In this document: positions 30,329-32,000 of the stretch, one piece after another
How positions within the stretch are numbered: position 1 is the stretch's first letter
Layout of the letters: every line of letters begins with the position of its first letter
Assembly: GCF_000011805.1 (NCBI RefSeq)
Contig: NC_006840.2
DNA from: Aliivibrio fischeri ES114
GTDB lineage: Bacteria > Pseudomonadota > Gammaproteobacteria > Enterobacterales > Vibrionaceae
Direction: 5' to 3' (one strand)
Length of the DNA: 32,000 nt
The notes under the pieces: generated by a model
Database searches by the model: none
The model's input: only the letters and a program-made list of their open reading frames with translations
What the model was told of the DNA's origin: nothing
Program-made: the position numbers and the translations under genes

Positions 30329-32000
30329 TTATAACCACTTATCTACGACCTGCAGTAATTGTGTTTTAGATACTGGTTTAGTTAAATACCCATCCATTAC
30401 TTGCGTGATTGCACTGATTTCTTCGTGGCTAGATTCACCCGTTAGCGCAATAATAGGTAAATGAGGGTAGAGAATCTTGATTTTTTTAGCCGCATCTATT
30501 CCATTCATTATCGGCATGCGAGAGTCCATAAAAATAAGATCGATCTTATTATTGGTTGCCATCTCTACGGCTTCTTCACCATTTTCTGCTTGTAGAAGCG
30601 TTAAGTTATCTTTATTTATAAAAGTATGAATTAACATACGCTGTACTTTTTTATCATCTACAATTAATACTGTTTTAAGTGAATTGTCTTTATCTTTAAT
30701 TAGTGGTGGGGAGCTTGGTTTGGTATTTAATGCGTTAATATTACCTTCTATACGAGGAAAGCTAAGGACAAATTCGGTGAATTCACCTTTGGTTGAATAA
30801 CAAACTATGTTTCCCTCAAAGGCATGCATAACACGTAAGCAATAAGATAGTCCTAACCCACTGCCGCCTTTCTTATTATGAGTAAAGAAATCATCAAAGA
30901 TATTAGGAAGAATGTGAGAATCAATTCCTGGGCCGGTATCTCTAAATATTAATTTATTGGTCGCAAATCCTCGAACTAATCGAATAGATATAGAACTTTT
31001 ATATTCATCAAAGTAATGTGTTGCATTCCTTAATAAATTAAAAAGTATGAATCCATATAGAGTATCATTGATATTTACGATGAAATCGTCTTCAAGATTC
31101 AGGGTTATTTTTTGTTTCATTTCTTCAGAGTCGAATACATATTCATCAATAATTTGTTGAGTTAACAGTGAAATTGAATAATGTTGGAATAGAGCATCAC
31201 TTATTGTTGTATTCTTTGCTTCACTAAGAATGATATCAATTAATTGCGCTCCTTTTTGAATCGCTAAACATCCTTGGTTTAATTCATTTTTTATCAGATC
31301 TTCTTGCTTTTCATGTTCAGTATTTTTTTGATAGTGATGTTTGATTTTTTCAAAATGATATTGAAGTTGTGATAATGGATTTCGCATCTCATGAGCAATA
31401 GAGTTAGCAAGAGCTTGTGATTGACGGACTTTTTGCTCACTTTCAATATAACCTTGAACCTTGGTTAACACCCATTGAATTGCTGAGATCTCTTCATTTG
31501 AAAAGGTTGCATTATCGTGTTTATTTGCTGAGATTAAGAAATGCGATATCAGCTTATTTTCACCAAAAATAGGTAAGATTAATGCGGTTTTGCTTTGATC
31601 CATTTTTTCTTGTACTTGATGAAGTGCTGAATTACCAGTTTCAAGAGCGTAATGGATTTGATAATCGAGCTCATCTTTAACTAGGGCGGAATGGCTTTCA
31701 TTTAAGTGCGGGATGAAAATATTGTAATTCGTGTTTTTTCCAATTAATAATAATTCTTCTTTTGGAGTATTTAGTATTGAGGCTAATTTTATGATGGCAT
31801 TACTGCTTGAGTATTTAAACTCCTCAGCTATCTTATATATTTTCTCAACGGGTGTTTGTTGATCTTTATATATAATAATAGATGCTATCTTTTTTGATTT
31901 TTTAAGTGTTTTATCCCAAAACAGTCCGGTTATTATAATTGATAAAGCATAAACATAGAATAAGTTAGGGTTACTTGATGAACTATAAATAATTACAATA
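30329..32000 (-). CDS. Hybrid sensor histidine kinase with C-terminal receiver domain; 5' end beyond the right edge
   Basis: H-box SIAHEMRNPLSQL, N/G boxes (LLRNATHY, DTGPGI, GGSGLGLSYC), and a receiver domain (VLIVDDK...LIFMDSRMPIMNG...KP). The ORF track starts at M 31603. My translation shows the same frame stays open to position 32000 and includes a hydrophobic segment (FYVYALSIIITGLFW). The gene is therefore partial. Confidence 0.85.
   Translation of the reverse strand, partial: IVIIYSSSSNPNLFYVYALSIIITGLFWDKTLKKSKKIASIIIYKDQQTPVEKIYKIAEEFKYSSSNAIIKLASILNTPKEELLLIGKNTNYNIFIPHLNESHSALVKDELDYQIHYALETGNSALHQVQEKMDQSKTALILPIFGENKLISHFLISANKHDNATFSNEEISAIQWVLTKVQGYIESEQKVRQSQALANSIAHEMRNPLSQLQYHFEKIKHHYQKNTEHEKQEDLIKNELNQGCLAIQKGAQLIDIILSEAKNTTISDALFQHYSISLLTQQIIDEYVFDSEEMKQKITLNLEDDFIVNINDTLYGFILFNLLRNATHYFDEYKSSISIRLVRGFATNKLIFRDTGPGIDSHILPNIFDDFFTHNKKGGSGLGLSYCLRVMHAFEGNIVCYSTKGEFTEFVLSFPRIEGNINALNTKPSSPPLIKDKDNSLKTVLIVDDKKVQRMLIHTFINKDNLTLLQAENGEEAVEMATNNKIDLIFMDSRMPIMNGIDAAKKIKILYPHLPIIALTGESSHEEISAITQVMDGYLTKPVSKTQLLQVVDKWL

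Overview
This window reads as a conserved chromosomal core region of an AT-rich gamma-proteobacterium. Gene order and protein similarity suggest Vibrionaceae, possibly Aliivibrio-like; that placement is inference. All calls come from reading the sequence and from remembered E. coli/Vibrio orthologues; no searches were run.

Left to right:
- The 5' part of an AT-rich type VI secretion ImpA/TssA-family gene running off the left edge. It is absent from the ORF track; I translated it myself.
- ybaM-like, priC, a yfcA-like TSUP permease and dinG, all on the minus strand.
- Two tandem paralogous porin-like outer-membrane protein genes, each with its own promoter, conserved 5' UTR and terminator.
- A complete his operon (hisL leader and attenuator, then hisG-D-C-B-H-A-F-IE). 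It carries two unusual structured intergenic inserts, at hisC/hisB and hisH/hisA.
- An overlapping RluA-family pseudouridine synthase and RlmI-like methyltransferase pair.
- A small lipoprotein (YghG/AspS-like), yciI, yciA, yciB and a DAACS symporter, all on the minus strand.
- A complete trp operon on the minus strand: TrpR operator, trpL with tandem Trp codons, attenuator, then trpE-G-D-CF-B-A. trpE is interrupted by a frameshift.
- Divergent trpH (yciV/rnm) and yciO.
- An AT-rich hybrid sensor kinase that continues past the right edge.

I saw no rRNA, tRNA, CRISPR array, IS element or integrase. I did not find a convincing new multi-gene system. The most unusual signals are the trpE frameshift, the tandem porins with a selectively conserved 5' UTR palindrome, the two structured inserts inside the his operon, and the AT-rich accessory genes at both window edges.
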